A stretch of DNA of 5,765 bases, taken from Candidatus Woesearchaeota archaeon (GTDB lineage: Archaea > Nanobdellota > Nanobdellia > SCGC-AAA011-G17 > GCA-2687815). How positions within the stretch are numbered: the stretch's first letter is position 1; every line of letters begins with the position of its first letter. The position numbers and the translations under genes are program-made. Location: contig CAZSRE010000002.1 of assembly GCA_964609195.1 (NCBI GenBank), forward strand, positions 13,927 to 19,691, given 5' to 3'. The notes under the pieces were generated by a model, which saw nothing but the letters and a program-made list of their open reading frames with translations, made no database searches and was not told where the DNA came from. This document shows positions 4,379 through 5,765 of this stretch, one piece after another.

Positions 4379-5740
4379 ATGGACATAAAGGACTATGCTA
4401 GAAAGATTGAGGAGTTGGTTGATGAAGTCGAGAATTATAGAAATTATCAGAAAAGAATAGCTACTGCACTCACCTCATTAGAAATCAAATATAGAAGTAA
4501 TGTAATAAGTCCATTAGAGTATAAGAAGTCAGCCAGCAGATATTTACAGGGAAGAGACAAAGATGATGTGCTTAAAGAGTATGATGATAGGATACGTAAA
4601 AACCTTGGGCAGATAAAACAGATTAATTCTGAAATTTATAGGTTATTTACAAATCTTGAAAATGACAGACAGGATAAGGTAAAGATTCCAATTGACGTCC
4701 CTAGACCTAGGGAAGAAAATGCAAGCACGTTAGATAAGAAGGAAAAAATGCAGTATCTTGATGAGATGCAGATAACGCACAGAGACATAAAAGAATTTGT
4801 AACCAGGCATGAAGAAAAGAAAGAGAAAGGAGTGACGGAAGAAAGCGAGTATACAATATACACAGAGAACAAGATAGGAAGATTTGCCAACGTTATATTC
4901 GGAAGATTAACAAGTTGGTTCACATCCAAGTACCCAGATTTATTTAAAAAACTGTATGACAGCTTGAGAGTAAGCGACACCAGGATATTGTCTAAGACTT
5001 ATGTAAGCATAACTATGATGTCTAGTGTAATTTCATTTATTCTCTTTGGAGTACTATCTTTCTTCTTTTTTGAGGGAAGCATAATATTCAATATAGCCAG
5101 GGCATTATCAATATCTTTCCTGGCTGGGATAATAGCATTCTTGGCAATATACTTCTACCCTATCAGTGTTATAAAATCAAGGTCCAGAAAGATAAAGAAT
5201 GAGCTGCCTTTTGTTGCGATACACATGTCTGCTGTAGCAGGAAGCGGGGCCAGGCCTATAACCATGTTCAAGCTTATACTAGACAGCAAGGAGTACAAGG
5301 TGATAAGTGTGGAGATTAAGAAAATTATGAACTATGTTAATCTCTTTGGTTATAACTTGTCTACTGCATTGAAGGCTGTGGCTGCTGCTACTCCATCTTA
5401 CGATTTTAAAGAGCTGCTGAATGGCATGGTCGCATCTATTGAGACTGGAGGAGATCTTAAAACATATCTTAAGGGCAAGGCAGATGAATTGCTGAATACT
5501 TACAGATTGGAAAGGAAGAAGTATATAGATGCCTTATCTGCATATTCTGATATCTACACGGGGATATTAATTGCTGCACCACTCTTGTTCATTGTTACTC
5601 TTGCAATAATAAATGTAATCGGAGGAGGGATTGCTGGGGTCAGCGCTGATGTAATTGCTAAAGTAGGAACATATGCATTCATCCCATTTTTGAATGTAGC
5701 ATTCTTGCTGTTCCTGAACGTAGTGCAGCCGAAAGACTAA
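4379..5740 (+). CDS. FlaJ/TadC/PilC-family type IV pilus platform membrane protein with a single T2SSF-like repeat and an N-terminal charged/coiled-coil extension
   Basis: Residues ~1-165 are highly charged and lack TM segments. A FlaJ-like lead-in follows (FGRLTSWFTSKYPDLFKKLYDSLRVSDTRILSKTYVSI). Next come two TM helices (~aa 208-260) and a cytoplasmic T2SSF-type domain (ELPFVAIHMSAVAGSGARPITMFKLIL...LNGMVASIETGGDLKTYLKGKADELL..., ~aa 272-392). Two more TM helices lie at ~393-448. Stop is TAA 5738-5740. Confidence 0.9.
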   Translation: MDIKDYARKIEELVDEVENYRNYQKRIATALTSLEIKYRSNVISPLEYKKSASRYLQGRDKDDVLKEYDDRIRKNLGQIKQINSEIYRLFTNLENDRQDKVKIPIDVPRPREENASTLDKKEKMQYLDEMQITHRDIKEFVTRHEEKKEKGVTEESEYTIYTENKIGRFANVIFGRLTSWFTSKYPDLFKKLYDSLRVSDTRILSKTYVSITMMSSVISFILFGVLSFFFFEGSIIFNIARALSISFLAGIIAFLAIYFYPISVIKSRSRKIKNELPFVAIHMSAVAGSGARPITMFKLILDSKEYKVISVEIKKIMNYVNLFGYNLSTALKAVAAATPSYDFKELLNGMVASIETGGDLKTYLKGKADELLNTYRLERKKYIDALSAYSDIYTGILIAAPLLFIVTLAIINVIGGGIAGVSADVIAKVGTYAFIPFLNVAFLLFLNVVQPKD

Positions 5741-5747
5741 ACTACAA

Positions 5748-5762
5748 CCCTTTAGAAAAGCG
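5748..5762 (+). terminator. CCCTTTAGAAAAGCG motif 8 nt after the platform gene stop. Candidate terminator or conserved 3'-end element.
   Basis: This is the same motif as at 369-384 and 4292-4307. It combines a T-tract with complementary CTTT/AAAG arms. Confidence 0.35.
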
Positions 5763-5765
5763 TTG

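Noticed and set aside
632-4980. Ten minus-strand ORFs from the track: 632..880, 774..1124, 979..1305, 1397..1630, 1670..1882, 1970..2428, 2640..2831, 3594..3827, 4160..4375 and 4636..4980
   Set aside because: Each lies entirely antisense to a + strand gene with clear family motifs. None has an SD or promoter. Their translations are low-complexity Leu/Ser/Ile-rich shadows with no recognisable motif. The FGYVFGYVFG segment in 4160..4375 is simply the tandem repeat read backwards.
2497-5740. Calling the locus an archaellum (flaI/flaJ) operon
   Set aside because: There is no FlaH-like gene, no FlaF/FlaG/FlaCDE/FlaX-type set and no archaellin-sized subunits. The filament genes are short Cys-paired pilins. 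The ATPase and platform families are shared by archaella and pili, so I make only the generic type IV pilus-like call.

Overview
AT-rich window with all credible genes on the + strand. I read it as an archaeal type IV pilus-like filament assembly locus rather than an archaellum. In order it contains: (i) the 3' end of a CDS entering from upstream; (ii) three paralogous small pilin-like genes with class III (prepilin-peptidase type) signal peptides and paired cysteines; (iii) a fourth, unrelated, Cys-free protein that also has a class-III-like signal peptide; (iv) a FlaI/PilB/GspE-superfamily secretion ATPase with clear Walker A, Walker B and His-box motifs; (v) a 79-aa coiled-coil ORF whose ATG overlaps the ATPase stop (ATGA); (vi) a FlaJ/TadC/PilC-type polytopic platform protein with only one T2SSF-like repeat and a long charged N-terminal extension. 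TAA, TAG and TGA all terminate genes here, so the standard code applies. GGAGG-type Shine-Dalgarno sites precede the internal genes, while the ATPase gene looks leaderless behind a BRE/TATA element. Points for a second look: a pilin gene whose conserved signal peptide has no canonical start codon; a 16-bp perfect palindrome between the ATPase TATA box and its ATG; five or six helically phased A-tract tandem repeats straddling the small ORF stop just upstream of the platform gene; a recurring CCTTTTAG(R)AAAAGC motif at gene 3' ends; and the half-size platform architecture. All functional calls rest on motif recognition by eye. No database search was possible.
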